IMG/VR virus record: IMGVR_UViG_3300013111_000325
Coordinates: 32,001-96,000 of that record
Direction: 5' to 3' (one strand)
DNA: 64,000 nt
Origin: a virus
Positions within the stretch are counted from its first letter, which is position 1; each line of letters begins with the position of its first letter. Of this stretch, positions 48,130-58,042 are shown in pieces. The position numbers were made by a program, and so were the translations under genes. The notes under the pieces are model-generated. The model ran no database searches and had not been told where the DNA came from. It saw only the letters and a program-made list of their open reading frames with translations.

Positions 48130-48617
48130 TGATTGAACTTTTAATATTTGGTTTATTATTATTGACTATTATTTGTCTATGGTTAATAATAGAGAGAAGA
48201 AAAAATTATGCATTTCTTTTCTATTTTATTCCTTTTTTCTTAATAATAACACTATCAGTTTATTGGACATATACTTCTATTTTAGGATTGTCTAAAATAG
48301 GATATCCTACGAAAGGACTGTATTTAAGTCATTATGTTGATGAGCCAGATTGGATATATCTGTGGATATTGCAAAAAGGTGTTCCCATATCTTACAAAAT
48401 AATATATAATAGGCTTGACCATGAATCACTAGAAGGTGTAAAAGCAGAATCAGAAGAAGGAGAATATATGATGCTATCAAAAATGGATCCAGGTGATGGT
48501 GATGGAAAAAAAGAAAAAGGGAAAAAAGGTTCAGGGTATACATTAGGTGGAGATATGAATTTTTATAAATGGAAACATCAACAATCCTTATATAGAAAAG
48601 AAAAATCTAATAAATGA
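48129..48617 (+). CDS. 2-TM membrane protein, third gene of the MotA-like trio
   Basis: TAATG-coupled; two TMs. Confidence 0.6.
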   Translation: MIELLIFGLLLLTIICLWLIIERRKNYAFLFYFIPFFLIITLSVYWTYTSILGLSKIGYPTKGLYLSHYVDEPDWIYLWILQKGVPISYKIIYNRLDHESLEGVKAESEEGEYMMLSKMDPGDGDGKKEKGKKGSGYTLGGDMNFYKWKHQQSLYRKEKSNK

Positions 48618-49096
48618 AAGTCAGTAAAAAAGCAAAACTCATAAAGAAGGTGCAGAAGATGGAATTCAATAATCCTGTTATTGTTACGTTAATTGGTCTT
48701 GTAGTTTTTTATATCGGTCTTAAAATGTTTTCAGGTGGTATGAAAGAAATGGGAAATTTAGATCATCTGAACTTCTTTTTGGGTAATCCATACTATATGT
48801 TTTTAGGCGGTATTATCATGACATTATTATGGCAATCCTCATCCCTATCAACTACTGCAATCATTGCATTGGTCGCATCAGGAGCATTACCGCTCCCATC
48901 TGCAATAGCATGTGTTCTCGGAGCCAACATCGGTACAACTGGAACTATATGGTTAGCAGGTCTTCTCGTATCTGATGGTATACCCAAAGGAGATACATTA
49001 AGAATAGCAATGGCTCATACAGGCGCCAATCTATTTATGGCAATAGCATTGCTACCATTTGTCGGTCATTTTGCAAGATATTTAACTCGTTTCTAA
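48614..49096 (+). CDS. Na+/Pi cotransporter family protein (single repeat, half size)
   Basis: QSSS and LGANIGTT motifs each present once; H..AN near the C-terminus. Confidence 0.85.
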   Translation: MKVSKKAKLIKKVQKMEFNNPVIVTLIGLVVFYIGLKMFSGGMKEMGNLDHLNFFLGNPYYMFLGGIIMTLLWQSSSLSTTAIIALVASGALPLPSAIACVLGANIGTTGTIWLAGLLVSDGIPKGDTLRIAMAHTGANLFMAIALLPFVGHFARYLTRF

Positions 49097-49114
49097 ATTT
49101 CCAAATCAATATAT

Positions 49115-49143
49115 AGGAATGAGAGGGAAACTTCTCATTTCTT
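49115..49143 (+). terminator. GAAA-loop hairpin after the Na/Pi gene
   Basis: aggaatgagagg-GAAA-cttctcatttct. Confidence 0.45.
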
Positions 49144-49238
49144 AAACAAATATAGAAAGGAGGTGTTGGGTTTTTAGTTAAGTTTGATACCGTGGTGGGT
49201 GCTTGCGCCCACCTCCTTTTTATTCTATCAGGGAGAAT

Positions 49239-49445
49239 ATGCCAGTAGATTTCAAGGTATTAGAGAGATTAATTAATAGACACGAAGAAGTATTTGCAGA
49301 ACAGTTACAACCATTAAAGCCCATTAGATGGGGAGATAATTACGAACCTCGACCAAAAAACCCACGCAAACGCAAAAATAAACTACCTAAGGTAGAGAAA
49401 GAGTATTTTAATGACAGAAGAATGGCTATGACCCCCAATACTTGA
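49239..49445 (+). CDS. Small basic hypothetical protein
   Basis: GGGAG RBS before ATG 49239. Confidence 0.55.
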   Translation: MPVDFKVLERLINRHEEVFAEQLQPLKPIRWGDNYEPRPKNPRKRKNKLPKVEKEYFNDRRMAMTPNT

Positions 49446-49504
49446 CATTTGCGTTTTATTTGATATAATAAATATAAACATCAAAAGACTATTTTTTATA
49501 AATA
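49442..49504 (+). promoter_or_regulatory. Tandem sigma70-like and T4 late promoters
   Basis: TTGACA-16-TATAAT (49442-49469) and TATAAATA (49497-49504). Confidence 0.65.
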
Positions 49505-49535
49505 ATGACACCTACCAACTTATCAAAAGGATCAA

Positions 49536-49808
49536 ATGACAGAAAAAACGCAAGATTTTGTAGACAAAATTATGTCTGGAGAACATAACAATGCCCGTGA
49601 TATTTTTACAGATATGATAAACGATAGACTGTTACAAGAACTTGAAGCAAAAAGAGTAGAAGTTGCCTCAAATATGTTACCTCAAGATGAAAGAACTCCT
49701 CAAGAATTGGCTTTCAGTAAAGCCCACAATATTCAGTATAGTGAAGTTGATCCTCATTCAGGAGGTCCTACTTTTGCTTCTCAGGCAGAAGAAGACTATG
49801 ATGTTTAA
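49536..49808 (+). CDS. gp67-like prohead core protein paralog
   Basis: FVDKIMSG....ARDIF...I......LE..R.EVA.N pattern with an acidic tail, resembling T4 gp67. Confidence 0.55.
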   Translation: MTEKTQDFVDKIMSGEHNNARDIFTDMINDRLLQELEAKRVEVASNMLPQDERTPQELAFSKAHNIQYSEVDPHSGGPTFASQAEEDYDV

Positions 49809-49821
49809 TTAATAGGGAGAT

Positions 49822-50847
49822 GTGAAAACTTTTGTAATTGCTGGTCATTGTGTTAATAATAAAAAAACTCAAATAACAAAAGAATTCATACAAAAGATTA
49901 GAGACAGTTTTAAGAACTCTAAGATAATGTATGTCGATCATTTGCCATGTCCACGTGATTTGAGTGATATAGTCGATTTCTCTCTGCATGTCAAATATAA
50001 CCCAATTTTGAATTTTGATTTGACAACTGACATAACAGAGAGATTTCATGTTCCTTATTGGGGTGTTTATGATCATAAAAATATAATCAAAACAGTACCA
50101 AATCATTCATTTGCCCATCATGATTCATTATATCAGGCATTTTTATTTTTATATAATAATGATTTAGGTGAAATAATTCATTTTTTAAATTACGATTGTA
50201 ATGAGGATACTTTTGAATCTATTGAATTAAATCATCAAATACTTAGAGATGACAAGGCAAAAGCAGTATTCTTTCCATACAGATATGATTCTGAGCAAGG
50301 GGTGTGTACAGAATTCTTTTCAGTATCAAAATATGCATTAGAAAATATGTTTCTTCATCTAAAAGATTTCGGGTCTTATGAAAATAGAAATATTGTTCGT
50401 GCTACAGATTACAACGTAGAATATACTTATTTTTCTCATTTAAATTATAGAAATATAAAATATCACTTACATGATATGTGGCCAACGAGAGATGGCGAAG
50501 TTGGTAATTCAAACTTTCAAGATATAAATGAAACAGATGAGATCATAGTCAAATACAACAATCCAAACAATAAAATATTGTCAGTCATACCAGTAATTGG
50601 TTATAAAGATGAATATAAATTGAGAGTTTTTGTAATGCGTTTTGGTAATCAAATAGCAGATAACTTTAATTTTGCATTTTTAGATGCAAACAAAAATGCC
50701 GTTGGTCAGTGTAATTATTCATTAAAAACAAATGATTTTATGTATGTCGATCCTGTTGAAAATTCAAGATATGTTACAGTAAAATATAATGATTTTAGAC
50801 TGACATTTGATTTGTTAGACACTAGAAATTATGGTAAGATAGTATGA
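49822..50847 (+). CDS. Glycosyltransferase-like protein, paralog 1
   Basis: GHC, HLP, NHSFAH, HFLNYD and TEFFS motifs shared with the next two genes. Confidence 0.5.
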   Translation: MKTFVIAGHCVNNKKTQITKEFIQKIRDSFKNSKIMYVDHLPCPRDLSDIVDFSLHVKYNPILNFDLTTDITERFHVPYWGVYDHKNIIKTVPNHSFAHHDSLYQAFLFLYNNDLGEIIHFLNYDCNEDTFESIELNHQILRDDKAKAVFFPYRYDSEQGVCTEFFSVSKYALENMFLHLKDFGSYENRNIVRATDYNVEYTYFSHLNYRNIKYHLHDMWPTRDGEVGNSNFQDINETDEIIVKYNNPNNKILSVIPVIGYKDEYKLRVFVMRFGNQIADNFNFAFLDANKNAVGQCNYSLKTNDFMYVDPVENSRYVTVKYNDFRLTFDLLDTRNYGKIV

Positions 50848-51905
50848 GGCAAACAATAAAAATAGATTATAATAATGAGATACAATATTCGTCTAATGCC
50901 ATAATCATAGGAGCACATTGTCCATCAAAAGATCGTACACAAAGATGTATAGACCTTATCACTCAATTAAAAGATAAGTTTCCAAACTACACTTATTTTA
51001 TATGTTCTCATTTAAATATAGACGATGAACTTTTGAATCTAACAGATTATTTCATCTATAATAGGAGTAATGCAGTAATAAATTATGATATTAAAGATAA
51101 AAGAACAGATTGGAAAGTGTACGGTATATATCAGCCTGGTTTAGGGCAACAAGTAAATAGATCTGTTCATAATAACAGTTATGCCCATTATGTTCAAGTT
51201 TTTGATGGATTATCTATGGCAATAGGTCAAAGAATGTTAAAAATTCATTACATGAGTTATGATGTATCATTTGATGTAATTGATAGAATATCATTACATC
51301 GTGATTTTCTAGATCATTACGATGTGGTAAATTATACATTTAGGGATGAAAATTATATCAATTCTGAATTTTTTAGTATTACCAAAGACGGTGCAGAAAA
51401 ATCCATCATGAAGAAATTGAGTTTCGATGAGTACATAAACACTGGATTAGGTGATTTTGGTCATGAGAATGTTTATGCTAATATTTTTAAAGATTGTAAA
51501 GTAAAAACAATGGGTCATTTTTATTCTGATGATAGAAAATTCCCTTGGGTAATAGGTGATTTTACTGCTTTACCATTAAATACAAAGAAAGATGGATTGT
51601 CAGGGCTACCAATATCAATTGATGGTCTAGTAGTAATACCTTATAGAAAAGACAATAGCATCATAATTTGTATAGCAAATGGTTATTACTATGAAAATGA
51701 AGGAGTAATAGGAAGCGTTGGATTTATTTTTTATGATGAAAAAATGGAGTATGTAGACTCGGCTGGTTCAACAAAATTAGGTTTGCATTATTGGGCACAA
51801 TATTATCCAGATAGCCATGTTAGATATGTGACAATACAAATAAACAATATCACAAGATTGACCTTTGACCTCTTAGATAATAAAAATCATGGTTGGATAC
51901 AGTAG
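50844..51905 (+). CDS. Glycosyltransferase-like protein, paralog 2
   Basis: GAHC, SHL, NNSYAH, HYMSYD, SEFFS. Confidence 0.5.
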   Translation: MRQTIKIDYNNEIQYSSNAIIIGAHCPSKDRTQRCIDLITQLKDKFPNYTYFICSHLNIDDELLNLTDYFIYNRSNAVINYDIKDKRTDWKVYGIYQPGLGQQVNRSVHNNSYAHYVQVFDGLSMAIGQRMLKIHYMSYDVSFDVIDRISLHRDFLDHYDVVNYTFRDENYINSEFFSITKDGAEKSIMKKLSFDEYINTGLGDFGHENVYANIFKDCKVKTMGHFYSDDRKFPWVIGDFTALPLNTKKDGLSGLPISIDGLVVIPYRKDNSIIICIANGYYYENEGVIGSVGFIFYDEKMEYVDSAGSTKLGLHYWAQYYPDSHVRYVTIQINNITRLTFDLLDNKNHGWIQ

Positions 51906-52956
51906 AAAACAAACATTAGAGAGTTATAATGGCAATGTAAAAGAAATATCAGATAGAGCAATAATTGTCGGTTGTCATTGTGACACAGACTACAAAATGA
52001 AATTAACAACCGAATTATTGATTAGGATAAGAGGTAAATTTAAAGATGGTATATTTCTTGTAGTGGCATCTCATTTACCAGTAACTGAAGAAATTCAAGA
52101 ATTGTGTGATTATTTTGTATACAATAAAAATAATCCAGTTATAAATCTTGACATTACAACTCCTATTACAGTAAAGAGTGAAATGTTAAATGAGTTGTGG
52201 AGAGCAAATGGTGTTCTTGAACGAGTCAAGACGTTGAGAAAAAACCATTCATATGCCCATCATTTGCTTATAAGAGATGCTTTTCATATTTGCATGAGCA
52301 ATAACGTATCCTTTGTACATTATATGAATTATGATTCACCTGAAAAATGTTTATCAGAAATTGATTGGCATCTTACAAAATTAGATGTATATGATGGTGT
52401 ATTTTATGATTATCATCATAAACAATATTATAATACAGAATTCTTCTCTATGACTACAAGGGCGTATGATAAGTTTCTGTCACATATTATATCATATGAG
52501 CAGTGGGAATCTTATGAAACTTTTGATACAGAGGTTAATTATAGTAAATTTTTGAAAACTGCTAATATATTTTGTGAAGACATTTTTGAGCCAGATGTGT
52601 CCGACATAATCGGCAGTGTGAGTTTCGGTAGTGAAGTCAATAGTAAAGGAACTCCTGACATACTTAAAAATATTGTGGGTAATTTCACTGTAATTCCTTA
52701 TGAGAGGGATGGTAAAATAGTAATCAACAATTCCTATACAGGTTATAATGATCCAAAACACGAGAAACACATCAAATGGGAGTCTTTTGATAAAGACATG
52801 AAACAAATAAATTTTCTCGATGCAGTTGTATCCAAAAATAATTGGGTTGATTATATTTGCCCTGAGAATTGTAAATATGTCAAAATATACATAGATTTAG
52901 AATTAAAATCTTTTTTCGACATCACAAATAAAAAAAATATAGGTCAAATTGTCTAA
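51889..52956 (+). CDS. Glycosyltransferase-like protein, paralog 3
   Basis: GCHC, SHLP, NHSYAH, HYMNYD, TEFFS. Confidence 0.5.
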   Translation: MVGYSRKQTLESYNGNVKEISDRAIIVGCHCDTDYKMKLTTELLIRIRGKFKDGIFLVVASHLPVTEEIQELCDYFVYNKNNPVINLDITTPITVKSEMLNELWRANGVLERVKTLRKNHSYAHHLLIRDAFHICMSNNVSFVHYMNYDSPEKCLSEIDWHLTKLDVYDGVFYDYHHKQYYNTEFFSMTTRAYDKFLSHIISYEQWESYETFDTEVNYSKFLKTANIFCEDIFEPDVSDIIGSVSFGSEVNSKGTPDILKNIVGNFTVIPYERDGKIVINNSYTGYNDPKHEKHIKWESFDKDMKQINFLDAVVSKNNWVDYICPENCKYVKIYIDLELKSFFDITNKKNIGQIV

Positions 52957-53194
52957 AATAATAGAACTTTCATTTGATATTGAAAATGATGAATTGATAG
53001 CCACAGACGGTGAATTTGAGGGTAGATTTAACGTTTTTCAATTACGTGAGGTACGTGAATTGTTCCAACGTTATGATGAAGCGAATTTTAATCATGATGA
53101 AGATGAAGAGTTGAATGCTTTTCACAATTTTGCCGATAGAATGGCACAAAACTCTCCTGAAGCATTAGAGGTAATATCACCATATCTTAATTGA
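52949..53194 (+). CDS. Hypothetical acidic protein
   Basis: Overlapping ORF in the operon. Confidence 0.55.
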   Translation: MSKIIELSFDIENDELIATDGEFEGRFNVFQLREVRELFQRYDEANFNHDEDEELNAFHNFADRMAQNSPEALEVISPYLN

Positions 53195-53940
53195 TGAAAC
53201 TCTTAATAACGGGTGTCAAAGGATTTATAGGATATCATTTCTATAATCTAATGGCACACGACTCCACCTACAATCCAAGAAAAATATATGGTATAGACAA
53301 TTGTTCAGGATTAGCATGTGATGAACGTGATGTCCCATACACCTATGGTGATCTTATGGGTTGTGAATTACCTGAAGATGTGACACATGTTATACATTTA
53401 GCAGGCCGTACCAGTGTAAGAGCCAGTTGGGTGCCAGAGAATATAAGACAATTTTATAGAGACAATTTTCTCGTAAGTGAGAGATTATTTGATTTCTATA
53501 AAGACAAACCTGTAAAAATATTATATGCTACAAGTTCGTCTGTACTTGAGATGAAAAGCCCATATGCTATGACAAAGAAACTGGTTGAGCATATTGCACC
53601 ACCCAATGCTATTGGTATGAGATTCTTTACAGTATTTGGTGAGAAGGGAAGACCTGATATGCTTTATCGTATGGCACTAGAAGGTAATGTTCGCCATATG
53701 ACTACAAATAAGAGAGATTTCACTCCAGTAGAACATGTTGTAAGATGCATTAGAACTTTACTCAATAAAGGCAACATGGGAGAGTTTTATGAGATTGGCA
53801 CAGGTGAATCAAGAACACCCAAAGAATTTTTACAGAGACAGTCAATTAAAGTTCCACAAGTAGCATATATCAGAAAATTTGATGAGAGTCTAAATACTTG
53901 TGCTAACGTATCAAAGATGGAGGCTTTGTTAAAGCAATGA
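53194..53940 (+). CDS. NAD-dependent nucleotide-sugar epimerase/dehydratase
   Basis: ITGVKGFIG, HLAG, SSS, YxxxK (YAMTK), RFFTVFG..GRPDM. Confidence 0.9.
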   Translation: MKLLITGVKGFIGYHFYNLMAHDSTYNPRKIYGIDNCSGLACDERDVPYTYGDLMGCELPEDVTHVIHLAGRTSVRASWVPENIRQFYRDNFLVSERLFDFYKDKPVKILYATSSSVLEMKSPYAMTKKLVEHIAPPNAIGMRFFTVFGEKGRPDMLYRMALEGNVRHMTTNKRDFTPVEHVVRCIRTLLNKGNMGEFYEIGTGESRTPKEFLQRQSIKVPQVAYIRKFDESLNTCANVSKMEALLKQ

Positions 53941-55080
53941 TAGATTGGATTCAAAAAAACTTACAGATATTGACAAATAAGAATAAAAATGTTATAATTT
54001 ATCCCGATACTCTTGAAAAACGTAATCGTAGATTAGAAGACACAACCACAGACCCTATTCTAGAGAAATTACATGCCGAAGCAGGACGAGATAGACTTTT
54101 ATCTGGAAACGATCAAAAATCTTCAGAATGAATTGTTTAGATGTGAAACACTGAATGATCGTAAAATAGTTCGTGATGATATCTACAAATATAAACAAAA
54201 AGTAAACGAACTTGTAAAGCAATTAGATGAAAACAATATGTTTACAGATTTTTCTAATTAGTTTTATTATTACGGGATGTGTCAGCAAAGCAACTTGTTG
54301 GAAGATAATAAATGGCGGTCAATGCGTACCCATTCAATCATATGAAGAATGGAACAAATGTGTTATGCCATGCGAAAACATAATTATAAGAAGTAAGACA
54401 AAACCATACAAACCCGTTGACTGGATTAGACCGAGACCCTATGCATATCCATGAATATTCAATAGAAACACTTTATCACATGAAATGTGGTAAATGTCAC
54501 AATTGGTGGAGTTATGCTCACACTCCTGACCTCACTTATATAACTAACCACGACCCAAGATCATTTGCACAGAATAGAAAAATGCATTGCCCGCATTGTA
54601 GTGCAGAAGGTGAATTGAAAGAAATACAATACGGTGAGAAATGAATATCTGGGTAGAATTTTACAAATATTCTGACAACAGAAAAAACACCCATGCACAA
54701 ATGAAAGAGCAGGCTAAATGGTTGCCACCTGATCCCAGTATAATACGAAAAAGATTTTTTGATAAGATGAGTGATGCAAAAGTATTTGCTAAACGTATGG
54801 AGGAAGATGATTATATGGTATCAATAAAAAGAGATGGGAGTTTACTATGAGATACATTGGTCCAAATAAGTTCATATCATATATAAATTCGAATAATACT
54901 GATGAAGACAAACATATGTGGATGTCTGCCGATCAATATAGTGAAGCGGTAAAAATCATGTTGAAGAATGAAAAGAGGCCACCAACATATGTTGGAGAAT
55001 TAGAAAAATTAAATAAAAGGAGATATTTAAGTGTTATCGATGGAGGTAAGATCAAGAGAGATAATCAGAAAGATAATTGA
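53937..55080 (+). CDS. Cluster of six small hypothetical ORFs (53937, 54073, 54227 lipoprotein-like, 54441 zinc ribbon, 54641, 54847)
   Basis: Chain of overlapping or coupled short ORFs; ITGC lipobox-like; CGKC..CPHC. Confidence 0.5.
53970..53998 (+). promoter_or_regulatory. Sigma70-like promoter
   Basis: TTGACA-17-TATAAT with TG extended -10. Confidence 0.65.
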
Positions 55081-55124
55081 TAAAGAATTAGATTTATCAT
55101 GGAAGAATTTAGAAAAACAACAAT

Positions 55125-56357
55125 ATGAAAAACAATATGAAAAATTTAAATCTAGAAACATACCCTACAGGAAGAAGCCCGAAAGGTAAGTTCTATTTTG
55201 GTGAACGAGCATTATTGTTATGTAAAGAAAGACCAAAAGATTGTCAAATAGGATTTGAATCTGAATTTGATAGATTATATGATGACCTGTTTTCTTGTCA
55301 TTATGAATACAAAAGTATGTTCAGAACATGTGGTATTGATTTCAATGTAGCAACGACAAGCGAATCCCACCACAGATTTGTCGGTAATATGTTCGGACAA
55401 ATCACAGTCAAATCACTATCAGCAATATCAGATGATTGGATTATATTTCACAACATGGAATATGAATCAGAACCAAAGGTCTATATACATCTCGATAGAA
55501 AGATAGTATTGATTGTTGGCACGAGTTTTCTTGGTGAGATCAAGAAGGGTGTGTTTTCAATTATAGGGTTTGAGATACCGCAGAAAAGCATGTTGCCAAT
55601 GCATTGTTCAGCATTTGAATATCAAGATAATACTGCATTGATGTTTGGATTGAGTGGAACGGGTAAGACAACCTTGAGTGCAGACCCAGAATATGCGTTG
55701 ATTGGTGACGATGAAATAGCATGGAGTGAGTTTGGATTAACTAATATTGAAACAGGATGCTATGCAAAGACTGATGGGCTAGATCGTGAGACACAACCCA
55801 CAATATTTGATGCTATGGAGAGTGCAAGTAAAGACGGTGTTCTCATTGAAGAGAATAAGGGTGTGCCAAACGCAAGAGCAAGTTATCCCATAAGATATGT
55901 CAAAGGTGAGATTACATGCCATGCATTATTCAAGCATCCAAAGCATATATTCTTTCTATCACTTGATGCGACTGGTACACTGCCTGCAATATCAAAAGTA
56001 GAAGGTAAGACGATAAGAACTCTATTTGAGACAGGTTATACAAGTAAAATGCCTGGTACAGAGGATGGAGTGAATGAAATACAGAAGGTTTATTCACCGT
56101 GCTTTGGTAGCCCTTTTATGCCATTGCCCGTGAATGTATATAGTGATATGTTAATGGACAGAGTAATTGAAGAGAATAGCAATGTATATTTGGTCAATAC
56201 CGGCATGAATAAAAGTGGAGAGAGATTTCCATTAAGTGAGACACGAGAAGCAATCAAAAAAGTATTGAATTATGATGTAGAAACTCGTGAGATTGAGTGG
56301 ACTAATCCATCTCAACCTTGTAAATTGGGTACAATTAAATTAAATGAAATTATTTAA
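55125..56357 (+). CDS. pckA: ATP-dependent phosphoenolpyruvate carboxykinase (compact)
   Basis: TGRSPK, GEIKKG, PMHCSA, FGLSGTGKTTLS, LIGDDE, GCYAK, CFGSPF, YLVNTG. Confidence 0.92.
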   Translation: MKNNMKNLNLETYPTGRSPKGKFYFGERALLLCKERPKDCQIGFESEFDRLYDDLFSCHYEYKSMFRTCGIDFNVATTSESHHRFVGNMFGQITVKSLSAISDDWIIFHNMEYESEPKVYIHLDRKIVLIVGTSFLGEIKKGVFSIIGFEIPQKSMLPMHCSAFEYQDNTALMFGLSGTGKTTLSADPEYALIGDDEIAWSEFGLTNIETGCYAKTDGLDRETQPTIFDAMESASKDGVLIEENKGVPNARASYPIRYVKGEITCHALFKHPKHIFFLSLDATGTLPAISKVEGKTIRTLFETGYTSKMPGTEDGVNEIQKVYSPCFGSPFMPLPVNVYSDMLMDRVIEENSNVYLVNTGMNKSGERFPLSETREAIKKVLNYDVETREIEWTNPSQPCKLGTIKLNEII

Positions 56358-56379
56358 GTCATTTATATAGGAGAGAAGA

Positions 56380-56913
56380 ATGGCTATTTCAAATGCCGCC
56401 TTTTGGATCAATCCAGACGGGCAGATTCATAGAGTGGCAATAAATCATATTAAGGATGTAATTGGATACCCCAATAAATTTGGTTTGTCCTTACAAGATA
56501 TTCAAAAGGTATTTGATAAACATAATGAACCTTTGGGCCATGAGGGAAAAGCAAGAGATGAAATTTTATTGAATTTATTTAAACGAAACTTTATTCGTAT
56601 CCGAAAATATAAAAATATGGGGTATTTTGTTAATGTTAGAAAGTTAACAGATAGTGCTAAAAGTTTCTTATACAAATGGGCGACTAAACTTTTAGGAGTA
56701 GGCATAGAGGGAGTGAAGGATTTTGCTACTACACCAGTTTTATTTGATGTAGAAAATACTAGACAAGACTCTATGACCCTAGGAGAAATTCAAAAAGATA
56801 GTATGTTTAAAGAATCTAAACAATATGAACTTGTAGAGTGTCATGTTTCAGAATGGAAAGATCGTGAAGTAAAAAGGATAATAGAACTAAGAACATTTAA
56901 ATCTTTTATTTAA
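56380..56913 (+). CDS. Hypothetical protein
   Basis: AGGAG RBS; FWINPDG...H and FIRIR motifs. Confidence 0.7.
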   Translation: MAISNAAFWINPDGQIHRVAINHIKDVIGYPNKFGLSLQDIQKVFDKHNEPLGHEGKARDEILLNLFKRNFIRIRKYKNMGYFVNVRKLTDSAKSFLYKWATKLLGVGIEGVKDFATTPVLFDVENTRQDSMTLGEIQKDSMFKESKQYELVECHVSEWKDREVKRIIELRTFKSFI

Positions 56914-56926
56914 TTAAAACAGACGA

Positions 56927-57208
56927 ATGGAAACGAAATTCTCAAACCTTCAACCTGGTGACACTGGTAATGTAGTCGGATTCACCGAGGGTAGCACATC
57001 TTATCGAAGCAAATTGTTGGCGATGGGGATTGTTCCAGGCACCTCTTTCCATGTGATCCGCAAGGCCCCATTGGGAGATCCTGTTGAAATTCGGGTCAAC
57101 GGCTTTAACCTTTGCCTTCGTCAAAAAGAGGCGGAAATGTTGAGGGTGGAAAAGGAACATTTTGATTGTGAAGGATTTAAATCCTTCATGGATGAGAGCC
57201 TTATATAA
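56927..57208 (+). CDS. feoA: Ferrous iron transport protein A (FeoA)
   Basis: KLLAMGIVPG and APLGDPVEI..LCLR..EA. Confidence 0.92.
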   Translation: METKFSNLQPGDTGNVVGFTEGSTSYRSKLLAMGIVPGTSFHVIRKAPLGDPVEIRVNGFNLCLRQKEAEMLRVEKEHFDCEGFKSFMDESLI

Positions 57209-57210
57209 AG

Positions 57211-57330
57211 ATGAAAATTAGAATTCCAGATTGGGAAGAGATAATAGCATTTTTATTTGCATGGGGATATATTATAGGAGCATCTCCAATAATAATAGGA
57301 TTTATTGGAGCCTGGTATTTTAATAGATAA
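57211..57330 (+). CDS. Small membrane peptide (39 aa)
   Basis: Read by hand: MKIRIPDWEEIIAFLFAWGYIIG... Confidence 0.5.
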   Translation: MKIRIPDWEEIIAFLFAWGYIIGASPIIIGFIGAWYFNR

Positions 57331-57345
57331 TTCATAGGAGATATT

Positions 57346-57846
57346 ATGAAAAAAGTCAGATTACAAATAACAAACGCACATAAAAAATCATTTGTTGAAG
57401 TCTGTACATGGTCGACAAAACTTGAAGACATTCTTGAAAATCTTGATAAGGATGATGAAAATCATCAATTGATTAAAGAGAATATAAGACTAAACGAAAA
57501 AGATCAATGGTTGGTTATGTACGAAGAAGTCGGCTGGAGATGGGGTTCGGGTTCTGTAGTAATGACTAAAGAAGAATATGATGAATACGATTTTGATGCC
57601 GAAGATGGAGAGCATTCATTCTATGACTTTGAAGAGGCTGAATTCTATGAATCAAGTGACGGGTGTTGGACTGAAATAACATTCCCCAATTTACGTAATG
57701 ATGTAGAAGATATTGATGAAGACATTCTCTATGAATTGATGAGAGATTACGGTGACGTAGAAGAATGTGAAATCACAATCTACGGGCCACTTGAACATGA
57801 AATTGAGGAAGAATGGGATGAAGAAGAATTTGAGAAAGAAGAATAG
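57346..57846 (+). CDS. Highly acidic hypothetical protein
   Basis: AGGAG RBS; D/E-rich; GWRWG and DGCW motifs. Confidence 0.7.
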   Translation: MKKVRLQITNAHKKSFVEVCTWSTKLEDILENLDKDDENHQLIKENIRLNEKDQWLVMYEEVGWRWGSGSVVMTKEEYDEYDFDAEDGEHSFYDFEEAEFYESSDGCWTEITFPNLRNDVEDIDEDILYELMRDYGDVEECEITIYGPLEHEIEEEWDEEEFEKEE

Positions 57847-58042
57847 TTCCGATAAATTAATTATTAGTAAATTGAGATCCAAAAATAAGATACAAAATCG
57901 TAGAATTGAAGCATTAGAGAACCGAGTACAAAACCTTGTTGGCAGGATTAACGAACTAGAACATATGTTATTTCAATATGAGGTTGAAGAGGCTTGTTTT
58001 CGCATGACACCCAAGCATCTACAATTGGATAAGACATTCTAA
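57767..58042 (+). CDS. Coiled-coil hypothetical protein (start uncertain)
   Basis: IEALENRVQNL heptads. Confidence 0.45.
   Translation: MKSQSTGHLNMKLRKNGMKKNLRKKNSSDKLIISKLRSKNKIQNRRIEALENRVQNLVGRINELEHMLFQYEVEEACFRMTPKHLQLDKTF

Noticed and set aside
47031..48617. Zorya defence system
   Set aside because: No long ZorA tail, no OmpA-type ZorB domain and no ZorC/D/E genes
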